The position numbers and the translations under genes are program-made. Under the pieces are notes generated by a model that did not search any database, was not told the DNA's origin, and saw only the letters and a list, made by a program, of their open reading frames with translations. A DNA stretch of 64,000 bases from Candidatus Latescibacterota bacterium (GTDB lineage Bacteria; Latescibacterota; UBA2968; GCA-2709665). Below are positions 39,383-49,066 of this stretch, piece by piece. Every line of letters begins with the position of its first letter. Position 1 is the stretch's first letter. The DNA is taken from positions 1,600,001 to 1,664,000 of the forward strand of contig OZ241917.1 in the NCBI GenBank assembly GCA_965203805.1, in the 5' to 3' direction.

Positions 39383-39624
39383 GGTTCACCGTATACCGCA
39401 GGACAATCAACGCTTTCGCTCAACGGCCCGGCTGTTCCTGAACCGCGCAGCTGTTTTCTGCTCCGTCAAACGCAGCGGGACTTACGTCGCACGACGTAAG
39501 CCCCTTTCGTTTTACCTCCTCGATGAGGTCCAACCCAAGTTACCTTCATCGGCCCTCCCCTTCCGGCACGCCATCGCCCGGAAGGACGAGGAGAAGGGCA
39601 GTGTCGACCTGCTCCCGTTTCGGT

Positions 39625-40677
39625 CTATAGCAGATGGTCCAGAATGAGATTGGTTGATTCAACGATGCGTTGATCGCGAGGCCGTAGATCCGGCTCGAAC
39701 GCCGTGCCCGTCAGATGTTGCAGACCCTGAATGTAGCGGACAGCGATTTCTCCCGCCTGCTCGTCCGTGAACTGCTGGTCCTTCTCCGTAACCATCCCTC
39801 GCGCGAATTCTTTCGAAAACGAAACCGGTTTGCCATTCCGCGTCAGCGGCTGTCCGCCGTCGTCCATTCGCCAGAAGCGGCTCGAGTCCATCGTGTACAA
39901 TTCGTCTGCCGCCACGATCCGATCTTCTGTGTTGACCCCGTGTTCCGTTTTCGTGTCCACGAGGATCATTCCGCGCTCGGCGAGATACTGGGAGACCATC
40001 CCGAAAGCCATGATGGATGCGTTGCGGAGCTCGTTGTATTGGCCGGGCGTGCAGACATTGTTGTCAAAGAGATACTGCGGATCGATCGTACGGTCCACCT
40101 TGTCCTTGGTGCTCGGCGTATCCATTAGGTATGGCAGCACGCCATTGGCGGACAACTGGTCCACATCGATCTGATGGCCCGCATAGTCGAGCGTCGTCTC
40201 ACCCGCCTCTCTGGCTTGCAGCCAGTGCTGATAGAGGGACGTCGAGGTGCTGCTCTCGGCGTTATACATCCGAAGGACGTTTTCCACCATGATCAGCTTC
40301 AAATTCTCTGCCGGAATCACCGTCGAACTGGCCTTAAGACCAGGCACCTTGAACTGAGAACTGCCCAATACGTGTTCCACCAGACGCAGCATGTGGTCAT
40401 GATTGATCGCCAGCACCTGATCTTTGAACGGGATGGCTCCGCGATTCACATCGTGCGTCGATATCCGGTTGTTCCGGAACATCAGCCGGATCGGCTGGCC
40501 TTCGCTGGTCGCGAGGCTCTCGCCAAACACCGAGTCCGATACCTTCCCCTCCAGGATGGTGCAACCATCGAGACGCGGAAGATCACCATCGGCGATAATC
40601 TGCTTGATCGGACGCCCCTCATTGACGCGTGCACCGTTCTCGGCCACTAATACTCTGATCTGGGTATCATTTAGCAT
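39625..40677 (-). CDS. purC: SAICAR synthase (divergent)
   Basis: EGKVSD, IPFKDQVL, ILVDTKTEHG, ADELYTMDSSRFW, SKEFAR. Confidence 0.85.
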   Translation of the reverse strand: MLNDTQIRVLVAENGARVNEGRPIKQIIADGDLPRLDGCTILEGKVSDSVFGESLATSEGQPIRLMFRNNRISTHDVNRGAIPFKDQVLAINHDHMLRLVEHVLGSSQFKVPGLKASSTVIPAENLKLIMVENVLRMYNAESSTSTSLYQHWLQAREAGETTLDYAGHQIDVDQLSANGVLPYLMDTPSTKDKVDRTIDPQYLFDNNVCTPGQYNELRNASIMAFGMVSQYLAERGMILVDTKTEHGVNTEDRIVAADELYTMDSSRFWRMDDGGQPLTRNGKPVSFSKEFARGMVTEKDQQFTDEQAGEIAVRYIQGLQHLTGTAFEPDLRPRDQRIVESTNLILDHLL

Positions 40678-40979
40678 GGGTACAGTCCTGTTCAGGTGAA
40701 GGCCTCTCGGGGGAGACGCTCAAGGGAACAGCGATCGTCGTAGAGGCTGGCTTTAGGAAGCGGATCGTCGTCAGGCCAAAGCCGGCGGGATGCCATGCGG
40801 GGGGAGTATTTGGGCGTCGCAATAACCAGTCGGCTTGTTACAATATTTAAGATACATGGTGTGTCCGCTCAGAGCAAGAAAAACCGGCTCGGAGGTGGAT
40901 TGGGCGAGGTAAGTCCGAGCTTTCGGGTCTTGTGCACAATCAGCGGGGGTTGGGTGGCTGGGTATCCTCCGCCGCTTGC

Positions 40980-41119
40980 GTGTGACGTTCTGGGCATCCA
41001 CGAACCTGCCGACCCATCGCGAATGCGGTCAATGGCCCATTACTATTGCAGACCAATGACGCAGGAGGCAGGTTTCGGCGGAGGCCGCATAGCCCGAGCC
41101 GTGGGTCCTCGCGTTGAGT
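40980..41119 (-). repeat. attC-like site with expanded inner loop
   Basis: GTGACGTT..GAACCTGCC[insert]GGCAGGTTTC..GAGCCGTGGG..CGCGTTGAGT. Confidence 0.6.
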
Positions 41120-41195
41120 GCTGTCGTGGTCTGGAATGGGTGGAATTCCTTACAGGACAGCAAGGCCGCTGCGCGCGGCCGAGGCTACTTGGACC

Positions 41196-41224
41196 TTGAC
41201 AAGCCACACGTTTCTAGTTATAAC
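41196..41224 (+). promoter_or_regulatory. sigma70 promoter
   Basis: TTGACA-17 bp-TATAAC. Confidence 0.75.
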
Positions 41225-41365
41225 TGGAAACAGTGCGTTGCAGGACGCCTCCTGTCCGCGGCAAGGGCTTAGCTCACCTGCACCTTCCAAAGAGACACTC
41301 ATCACGGTTGCCTCTTTTCTACCCGATCAGAAGCGGACATCGGGATTTCTTAAAAGGAGGCTACC

Positions 41366-42334
41366 ATGCCGCAGCTACTTCCGTCCGACCCATCGCTGGA
41401 TCACCTCAGAGGACAGGCGAAAGAACTACAGAGGGCCTGTCATTCTGGCCAGCCTGATGCACTTGACCGTGTCTGTTCTTCACATCCCGCATATCTGAAT
41501 TCCGAGCAGTCAGATCAGCAACTGAGAAGTCTCTCGCTTCGGGACGCACAGTTGGTTATAGCCCGTGAGTACTTCTTCGACGACTGGTCCCGCATGAAGG
41601 AATACATCGATTGGGATTTACCGGTCCGCAGGCAGGAGATCGCGACAATTGCGTCACGGCTCCGTGAAAAACCAACCCGTGCAAAGCAGAGCGTAATGCA
41701 GTTCAGGCGAAACGGCACGACTTGGTCCAAGGCACCGATCCACTTTGCCAATAACAGCATCCCCATGTTGGAGCTATTACTAAAGCATGGTGCCGAACTG
41801 GACCCAACAGGGCATTCTGTCTTAGGGCCTGACAGCAGCCCTGAGTTTATTGACTATGCTCTCAGCAAAGGCGTGGATCTTGAGAATGAATACTACAATG
41901 GGAACGTGCTGGGACTTGCGGTCTACTTCGGGAATGCTGATACAGTTCGCCACTATCTCCTTCGGGGCGGAAATATGACCTCCAGAAACCAGGACGACGG
42001 GGCGGGGATGGCACTTCTCCATAACGCTGCATTCTGCTATTATCAAGAGGAGCGCTGGGAATCATACACTGAAATCGTCCGTCATCTTATTGAAGCTGGC
42101 GCAGACGTGAACGCCAGAACAAACGTGGATGAACCCTCTGAGGCTGGACGCCACATGATTGTCCAGGGCGAGGTCCCACTGCACTTCGCAGCCGCCTACG
42201 GTCAAGCAGAGATGATCGAGGTACTGCTCCAGGCAGGTGCAAACAAAGAAGCGAAAACTGCCCAGGGAGAGACGCCGCTGGACTATGCAATAAGGGAGGG
42301 ACGTCCGGAGTCAATTCTTGGACTCCTTAAGTGA
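41366..42334 (+). CDS. ankyrin repeat protein with N-terminal LDHLRGQAKEL..AQLVIAREY.F..W domain
   Basis: AAGGAGG RBS; PLHFAAAYGQAEMIEVLLQAGAN. Confidence 0.9.
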   Translation: MPQLLPSDPSLDHLRGQAKELQRACHSGQPDALDRVCSSHPAYLNSEQSDQQLRSLSLRDAQLVIAREYFFDDWSRMKEYIDWDLPVRRQEIATIASRLREKPTRAKQSVMQFRRNGTTWSKAPIHFANNSIPMLELLLKHGAELDPTGHSVLGPDSSPEFIDYALSKGVDLENEYYNGNVLGLAVYFGNADTVRHYLLRGGNMTSRNQDDGAGMALLHNAAFCYYQEERWESYTEIVRHLIEAGADVNARTNVDEPSEAGRHMIVQGEVPLHFAAAYGQAEMIEVLLQAGANKEAKTAQGETPLDYAIREGRPESILGLLK

Positions 42335-42376
42335 GCCCCAAGCACTATAGGTAAAACATCATCGGATGTGTTTACG

Positions 42377-42410
42377 GGCGGCTCCAGGTCGGGGCCGCCA
42401 TTCGAGTTTT
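42377..42410 (+). terminator. possible intrinsic terminator
   Basis: GGCGGCTCC/GGGGCCGCC stem, weak T tail. Confidence 0.35.
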
Positions 42411-42608
42411 GGGTCTGGACGCGATTGCACGTAACGATTATGATTCAAGAACCTGCCGGTGCTATTTCGGCAGGTTGTGAGTGGTTGGGTTCAGGTAGAG
42501 TGAGTGAATCTGGTGTTAAATGCTGGTGGCCCCTATCACGGCGAAGCCTCAAAGGGCATCCATAGCGGGTACAACGTCACCTATCGCCTTTCTGTTTATG
42601 TACGTCGC

Positions 42609-43376
42609 TCAATCCAACAGCGAGAAGACTTCATCAAGGGATCGCAAAGTCGGCCTGTAGCTGTTTGAAGATGTTTCAGTGGCTCGTAGCAACAACGCTG
42701 CGTCGAGTCCCGCCGCCCGCGCACCCAAGATATCCGATTCGTAATTGTCACCGATGTGCAGCACCCGATCTCGATTGACGGCGACCCGCTCAACCGCGTC
42801 ATCGAAGATCGCAGCCGCAGGTTTGGCGTACCCTTGCCGCAGGGAGTACACGAGAGTATTGAAGTACTGGATGAGGTTCAGATGGTCGAGTGTCAGCTCG
42901 AGTGTTGGCGGCCAGTTTGATACTACGGCGAGCTTCATTCCGTTCGCCCGGAGCGTGGTAAGTACGGACGCAACCTCTGGATATGGCGCCCAGATGTGGT
43001 AGAGCCAGACGTTCCACATGATCCGGACCGCGGCCTCAGTGTCACCCCTAAAGCCAGCGGCAGTGAGCGTCTGTCGATATATCCCCGACCACTCCGCTTG
43101 ATGGACCGCTAACGACTCTGGTTCGGCCGAAGGCGCTCGCCTTTCCCCAAGTACGTCCTCGAACGCTGCCGACAATGCATCTGCGGATGGTCCGCCAAAT
43201 CCCGATAGAGCATTAGCCCAACCAACCTCGCTTGGCTCGACGTACTCCAGCAGAGTGTGTCCTGCATCGAAGAATAGAGCGTCATATCGCGCGTTCACTA
43301 TCTCTTGGCAGCCAGGCTTCAGGGCGTGTGCCAAAGGGTCTCTGCGCGTCGCGTACTGCAGAAAATTCGCTGTCAT
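42609..43376 (-). CDS. HAD-IA hydrolase
   Basis: FFDAGHTL, VVSNW, KP..AIF, HIGDNYESDI. Confidence 0.9.
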   Translation of the reverse strand: MTANFLQYATRRDPLAHALKPGCQEIVNARYDALFFDAGHTLLEYVEPSEVGWANALSGFGGPSADALSAAFEDVLGERRAPSAEPESLAVHQAEWSGIYRQTLTAAGFRGDTEAAVRIMWNVWLYHIWAPYPEVASVLTTLRANGMKLAVVSNWPPTLELTLDHLNLIQYFNTLVYSLRQGYAKPAAAIFDDAVERVAVNRDRVLHIGDNYESDILGARAAGLDAALLLRATETSSNSYRPTLRSLDEVFSLLD

Positions 43377-43436
43377 ATTAACTCATTGAGCTTCCTTGTT
43401 TGGGCGACGGAGACAAGCAGGAATTTGGCAAGGCCA

Positions 43437-45494
43437 TCAATTCTGCTGATACGCAACCAGGCGTTGTTTCGCCGCTTCCATAAACTGCCCCACCCGCCAG
43501 ACGGCCTCGCCGATCTGGGTGAAGGTGTAGATGCCATTCTCACGTCGCATCAGGGCATGTCGTCCTTCCATCACCATCTGTCGCCGTGTTGTCGAGTAAT
43601 CTCCACACGCACTCGCGACAATCTTCGTCAGTTCCTCCTCTCTGTATTGCCTTATCTCCGGGAGGGCTCGGACTGCACCAATGGGATCAATGTGTTTCTT
43701 CGGCTGTGAATCTCCACGGATACGTCGGATGCGCTGCTCCTCAAGCTCCGTTCGCTGTCGTGGTCCGGTTCCCTCGTAGAGGACTCTTGCTGCTATCCTG
43801 ATGGTCTGGGAATCCCCGGTTTCAGTAATTTTCCGCAGACACACGTTCCGTTCAGCCTTTGAGGCCACTTTGCCGTAGGCTTTGATCGCGGCTTCTCGAA
43901 CCGCCGAGTCTTCGTCCGTTTCCAAGCGGTGGAGAATCTCGTCCTTGGCGGACGTGACCTCCAACTGCCCCAAAGCATTCAGGACCGCTGTTCTGACCCG
44001 GGCATCCGGGTCATTCACGTGAGTGATTATATCTGGAATCGCGTCTTCGCCCACTATGGATGCCAGCGCCCCGGCGGCACCGGCTCGAGGTCCAGGCCCA
44101 CCGGACTCCAACCGTTGATGTAGCAACGGCACAATGACCGAAAGGCGAAACCGAATGCACACGCCTCTGGCCTTACTCGCGATCTCCGGGTCGCGGGAAT
44201 CCATTAGATCGAGAAGAACGGGGTGCAATCTTTCCGGCAGGACCATGGCCTCCCCGAAAACAGACTGCGCCGGATGATACGGGACGAGACTCATCTCCCT
44301 GAGCAGGCGACCCACTCGATCGCTGTTACCGGACCTGACTTCATCGATCAGCGCATCGCTCAACGGTTCCACCAGATGGGCAATCGCCTTTCTGACCCCG
44401 CACTCGACCAAATCATCCTCATCAAGCTGCCACAGTGCCTCCCACAATACCGGGAAGGCCTCATCAGGATATCCGAGGAGCACCCGTGTGAGTTCCCAGA
44501 TCACGTGATGACCTCCCCCGCTTGCTGGATTCGAATCCTTCACCGCCTGAATGAGACGAACCAGGACAAGGACTTTCCTGTCGGTGGCTGCCGACGACGC
44601 GATCAGAGTATCGAGGAAGAGATTTGCGCCGCGAAGTCCATACCAGGGCCGCACGATCCAGTACTCAGCCATCCTGGTAGCGCGATCGATCAGCATCTCA
44701 TCGTCCGACAGGGTGCACGACGCCATCACGGGCATCGCCGCGTGCATCGAGAGCCTGGCCACGCCCGCGAGGTGGACCAGGTGTTGGTTCGAGTCGGCCA
44801 CCCGCAGAAGATCGACCAGGCTTGGGGGATGGGTTTCGAGCACTTGCCGCAGCCGGACCATCGGTTCACTGTGCTCATTGACCCTTTCGATACCGTCCAC
44901 GGCGTCAGATTCAGCCTTCAAGCCTTCCAACAGCTCGATCTCCATGCGGAATCGCCGTTCCAGTCCTGGTTGTTTTTCCATCGTGTTCTCCACGGGCGTC
45001 TCAACGATGTCTTTCAACGCGTTCCGCGCCCGGTGCATGCGGCTCATTACCGTCCCAATCGGAACTCCAATCTCGTCGGCCATCTCTTGATATGAAAGGC
45101 CAACCCGATAGTGTAGATCGAGAGCGCGTCGATGTGCAGCGCTCAGCAGATCCATTCCCAACATCATACGGTCCTCCTGAACCTCCTCTGCCTCAGGAAC
45201 AGGTGGATCGAAGGGAAGCGGCACAGTTTCCATTTTCGGTGCACGATACCAGGACCGGCAGAGATTGAGTGCAATACATCGTAGCCACGACCCAAATGAC
45301 TCAGGGGTGTGCAGCTGATAGAGCTTCAAATACGCCTCAACAAACGTCTCGAGAACGAGGTCCTCAGTGTCATCCGGATCCTTTGCAAACCTGCGACAGA
45401 TGAATCGCACCTCACTTTCGTGCGCTCTCATAAGGGCCGTGAAGGCTTCGTGGTCCCCGGTTTTTGCATGTGCAATGAGTTCAATCGTTGACAT
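43437..45494 (-). CDS. ECF sigma factor fused to HEAT repeats and a C-terminal DUF2087-like domain
   Basis: TEDLVLETFVEAY, LSYQEMA..IGTVMSRMHRAR; DPDARVRTAVLNALG; DYSTTRRQMV..LMRRENGIY. Confidence 0.82.
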   Translation of the reverse strand: MSTIELIAHAKTGDHEAFTALMRAHESEVRFICRRFAKDPDDTEDLVLETFVEAYLKLYQLHTPESFGSWLRCIALNLCRSWYRAPKMETVPLPFDPPVPEAEEVQEDRMMLGMDLLSAAHRRALDLHYRVGLSYQEMADEIGVPIGTVMSRMHRARNALKDIVETPVENTMEKQPGLERRFRMEIELLEGLKAESDAVDGIERVNEHSEPMVRLRQVLETHPPSLVDLLRVADSNQHLVHLAGVARLSMHAAMPVMASCTLSDDEMLIDRATRMAEYWIVRPWYGLRGANLFLDTLIASSAATDRKVLVLVRLIQAVKDSNPASGGGHHVIWELTRVLLGYPDEAFPVLWEALWQLDEDDLVECGVRKAIAHLVEPLSDALIDEVRSGNSDRVGRLLREMSLVPYHPAQSVFGEAMVLPERLHPVLLDLMDSRDPEIASKARGVCIRFRLSVIVPLLHQRLESGGPGPRAGAAGALASIVGEDAIPDIITHVNDPDARVRTAVLNALGQLEVTSAKDEILHRLETDEDSAVREAAIKAYGKVASKAERNVCLRKITETGDSQTIRIAARVLYEGTGPRQRTELEEQRIRRIRGDSQPKKHIDPIGAVRALPEIRQYREEELTKIVASACGDYSTTRRQMVMEGRHALMRRENGIYTFTQIGEAVWRVGQFMEAAKQRLVAYQQN

Positions 45495-45503
45495 TCTGCC
45501 CTA

Positions 45504-45530
45504 TAGACCCAAAATCAGAGCGATTATTCC
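45504..45530 (-). promoter_or_regulatory. candidate ECF autoregulatory promoter
   Basis: Minus strand GGAATA-16 bp-GTCTA just before the sigma ATG. Confidence 0.5.
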
Positions 45531-45648
45531 ATTAGAACTGATTTTTTTTCAAATTCTACTGCGATAATTCCGACTTCAAGTGTTGTATGCTTCTGTGCGT
45601 TATTTTTCGGGGTGGTGTTCTCGGGTTTTCGTTTTTGATACCAGATTT

Positions 45649-45732
45649 GCATAACGTCTCGCGCATCCCCGAAGCCGCGAAGCGGTTTGGGGGATGTGGG
45701 GTTGGGAGGTGTCTGGGGATGCACTGTCAGGT
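45649..45732 (-). repeat. attC-like site
   Basis: GCATAACGT..GCATCCCC..GGGGATGC..GTCAGGT inner stem. Confidence 0.75.
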
Positions 45733-45821
45733 GATGCTGGCGCGCTCCTCTAAGTCCAGGAGAATTAGGTGCGGTAACAGAGCGGGCGCATTCAGTGTCC
45801 TGGTGTTCGCCTTGTTTTCAG

Positions 45822-46446
45822 TCACACATCCTCAGTTCCATAAGGCGCTCGCTGAGCGAGTTTCCGCCATTCCTCCAACTGATCGACTAATCCTGGCGTG
45901 CTCTGATCTCCATAGGTAAGCTGGTTCAAGAACGCTGCAACATCGGACATTTTGCCACCAATCAGATTAGCTGTGCCTGGACCACCCAACGATCCTTCTA
46001 ATTCGTCATGGTAAATATGTAGCAAAGTATCAATTAGGATCATCTTTTGCTGATATGATTGAGCTTCTGTAAACCCTTCAAGAAACTCACGAAACTGCAC
46101 TTCAAGCCTGTAAGATCCGAGACGTTTCTTACGATAGGTACTGTGATACTCAGGCCAAGATAATTGCCACTCACAAGTGTGACATTGGAGTATTTCGATT
46201 GGATCCTTTCGGCGGCGAGGCTTCAGGTCGCGATGGATGATACTTCCGCAAATGGGACACGTGACTTCACCACGCATCGCCCCTGTCGCTACAAGGCAAC
46301 TCTCGACTCTCGCAAACAAGGCAACACCAACATCATCTGCGAGTTCCTCGTCTCCTATCCCTTTTGCATCCTTCGCATATAATTGAGCGATACGATGACG
46401 CGATACACGAGGTGCCCATTGAGGTAAAACCGAGGATTGTGTTCAT
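45822..46446 (-). pseudogene. Zn-ribbon-containing hypothetical protein, apparent 5' frameshift
   Basis: Frame open upstream of TTG 46319 (LPQWAPRVSRHRIAQLY..) but nearest ATG (46446) is one base out of frame; CPIC..CHTC. Confidence 0.55.
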
Positions 46447-46518
46447 GTGTCTTTCTTCCATTTTTGCCCGCTATATGGAGCTCTGGGGGAAATTGGGTTC
46501 CTTCTTTGCGCCAGTGTC

Positions 46519-46667
46519 ACCTAACGGTTCAGCATTTCAGACGCTTGCTGTCCCGAAGGGTTGGCGCGACGGTTGCCCTTCGCGTCTTCCAACAAGCAAC
46601 CGGCGTGACAGAGGCAAGGTTGCCGAAGGGAGCGAGCGCGACCGGAGCGCAAGGCCGCGTGTTACAC
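46519..46667 (-). repeat. long attC-like site
   Basis: ACCTAACGG..GGTTGCCGAAGG..GCGCAAGGCCGCGTGTTACAC. Confidence 0.75.
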
Positions 46668-46825
46668 GCTTGCGGCGCGCCCCTTCCACGGCGAAGCCCT
46701 CAACGGGGCTCAAATAACGTGGACACCATAAACAGATGGCTTCCTGCTTTTTCGTATTGTTTCTAATGAAAACCAGGTGCCCGTCAATAACACCCAGGAG
46801 AGAAACAGGGTCTGAACTTCGCCCG

Positions 46826-47320
46826 TTAGATGGGGTTCGCCTTGATGAGTCGGAAAAGGTCACCTTTACTGGGACGTTCGGATGTCAAAATCAGCATCAA
46901 CTTTGCCAGCAGGTCAGCCCGGTCGAAACGTTTGAATTCCGGGTACAGCCCGATACGCCAATGGAGATAAGCTTCAAGCTCGTTCACATCAGGGAAGATC
47001 TGTTTGGCCGCAAGGAATTCTGCTTGCAGGGCACGACGATGTGCGTAGGCATGCGAGCGTGAGGCCAGCTTATGTTGTATTTCCACCTGCTCGTGCAGTA
47101 CGAATAAGTGCGCGTACTGCTCATCGAATTCGATTAGATCCGCTGGGATGTAAATCGTTCCTGTTTCGTCGTAGAAAACGAGATCGGGTGTATCGCCTCT
47201 ATGGCGAAACACCGTATAGGAGAGGGCAAGGTCTGCCACGACTGCCTGCTCGGTGCGAATGACGTTTTGCTTAATCGCGTCGAGCAACTCAGTAGCTTCC
47301 GGGTGTGGCAATCGGAGCAT
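46826..47320 (-). CDS. hypothetical protein (HExxE motif)
   Basis: LHEQVE..YAHRRAL..E; bounded by attC sites. Confidence 0.7.
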   Translation of the reverse strand: MLRLPHPEATELLDAIKQNVIRTEQAVVADLALSYTVFRHRGDTPDLVFYDETGTIYIPADLIEFDEQYAHLFVLHEQVEIQHKLASRSHAYAHRRALQAEFLAAKQIFPDVNELEAYLHWRIGLYPEFKRFDRADLLAKLMLILTSERPSKGDLFRLIKANPI

Positions 47321-47417
47321 ACGTAATGTCTCTTCGGTGGGATGTGTTCTGAGTTTTTGCTCTTGTGCACGATTTGCATGGGTGGCCTGATTAGGGCGAT
47401 CCGTGACAGCCGCTTTC

Positions 47418-47502
47418 GCGTAACGTTCCCGCCACTTGCGAAACGCCGAGCGAAACGAGGTGGTTGCCGTCAGGCCAACGAGCGCAAGTGGACGTGTTAG
47501 CG
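47418..47502 (-). repeat. attC-like site
   Basis: GCGTAACGTTCCCGCCACTTGCGAA..GGTTGCCGTCAGGCC..GCGCAAGTGGACGTGTTAGCG. Confidence 0.9.
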
Positions 47503-47541
47503 GCCTGTCCGGTCGCCGGCAGGCTTAACCTTGATTCGTCA

Positions 47542-48332
47542 GTGCGCCGTGAAAAGGCGCGGATCTTCAGTGGGTGAAAGTCCCAACCCGACAAGGGTTG
47601 CTTCAGTCGGTAGCAATCGGAGCAGGGACGTAGGTAACGAAATCTCTGAAGCCTCCGGTGTAGAGGGTCGCAAGGCGACTCGGCGAGTATGCGGGCCGAA
47701 ACGTGAGTGAACGCTGAGCAGGCCTCGAAAAAGGTAATGCGGGAGCCGACCCGTCTGACGATCGGGGAAGGCCGCCGTCGCTGGAAAAAGACAGCAACGC
47801 GAGCATCCAGCGGTCCCGCCGGGGTAATGGCGGAGGCACGTATACAAGGAGATCCGACGCAACACCTGCCTGCGCCGAGTCCTGCTCGGCAGGCAGGCGG
47901 GAAGCCCCAGCGGTGGTGCAGGGACACCAACCGGACGCCCGTGAGGGACAGGCCGGGCCGCATGGGGTGGCGGACAGGCTCGTAGTACCCGTGAAGCCGG
48001 GTAACGCCGGTGGAGGGAAGGGGCCTGACTTCGGATGCGCTTGTGAAGGGGACAACGGTCGGGAGAGTGGCGCAAGCCTATAACCTCCTCCAAAAGTAGA
48101 CGAGGCGACTCCAGAACAAGCTTGGGTTTCAGGTGAAGCTGTCCGGGCAGCGCGGTCAGCGTGTGCCTGAAGGCGACGTCCGTCGGAGAGCCGGATGCGG
48201 GAAAACCGCACGTCCGGTTCGACGAGCGGGATGTGGAAACGGGGCACGGAGGGGCTATTGAGGCACCGCCAGACGAAAGGGGCGGAAACGGATAGGCCAC
48301 TCCTAAACTACCGCGCCACATCCCGACTCTAC
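47542..48332 (+). mobile_element. ORF-less group II intron (IIB-type domain V)
   Basis: 5' GTGCG; DV GAGCCGGATGCGGGAAAACCGCACGTCCGGTTC (48188-48220); ends CCCGACTCTAC; EBS1 TGACGA (47756-61) complements exon TCGTCA (47536-41). Confidence 0.92.
47865..47897. repeat. short palindromic insertion CCTGCCTGC..GCAGGCAGG
   Basis: Splits the usual intron segment AACA|CGGGAAGCCC; same ends at 63562-63580. Confidence 0.75.
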
Positions 48333-48580
48333 TTATTCCGGGACGTTAAATCGAATATACGCAAGTTGATAAAGGCGATTAAACATCTGATTTCCAGGAT
48401 GCTTCAGGTCACGGGACGTGGACGAAAAAAATGTGCTTCCGGACGACATTTTCGGCCCGGTGAGGAAATAACTGCAGGGTCACCGCGTTGCCACACACGC
48501 CGCTTTGCACGGATACATTTTGTGCCTTTTGTGCTTTCTGTGGCCGATTTTTCGGTTTTTTTCAAATTGAGGTTAAATCC

Positions 48581-49066
48581 CTATACACCGATCTCATCGT
48601 GTAGAATCTGATCAACGATGCAGCCAAGTTGCTGCACTTTCGCAAATTCGGCAGAGAGTTTCTCAATCAGGTCATCGTCGCCGAAGCGAACGTCTCGACT
48701 GAAGACCTTCATCGTACTGTTCGACACCTTGTATCCCTTCCATGTCTCAATCATACCGCGTGCTTCTTTCACAAAAGGCCGGCTGAAAGCAGCGCGCTTC
48801 AATCGAGTTCCCGGGAATGTGTCTTGATGAAGCACGTGCATGACAAGACGTGTCTTCTTCTGTTGCATTTCACGGTCAGTAATCCAGGTCTCGAAATGGA
48901 TACCCATTCCGTCTTGATTGAACCATAGGTCCCTGAACAGTTGAAGCCCTGATCCTCCACTTTTGGGAAACGTGTCGAGTCGCGTTTCCCACCCATCCGA
49001 AAACCAGTCTGCCGTACGCAAATTACCGTCCAGCCTCTCCATCAAGGACGAATAGTCACTCTCCAT
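48581..49066 (-). CDS. hypothetical protein
   Basis: 161-aa ORF overlapping the upstream gene; WFNQDGMGIHFETW. Confidence 0.7.
   Translation of the reverse strand: MESDYSSLMERLDGNLRTADWFSDGWETRLDTFPKSGGSGLQLFRDLWFNQDGMGIHFETWITDREMQQKKTRLVMHVLHQDTFPGTRLKRAAFSRPFVKEARGMIETWKGYKVSNSTMKVFSRDVRFGDDDLIEKLSAEFAKVQQLGCIVDQILHDEIGV

Noticed and set aside
39477-39513. Strong hairpin plus T tract as purC terminator
   Set aside because: The T tract is on the plus strand whereas purC is on minus; function unclear
42568-42602. Very short attC remnant GTACAAC..TTATGTAC
   Set aside because: Too short and lacks the family interior
47391-48321. Three overlapping minus-strand ORFs
   Set aside because: They are the antisense of the group II intron RNA
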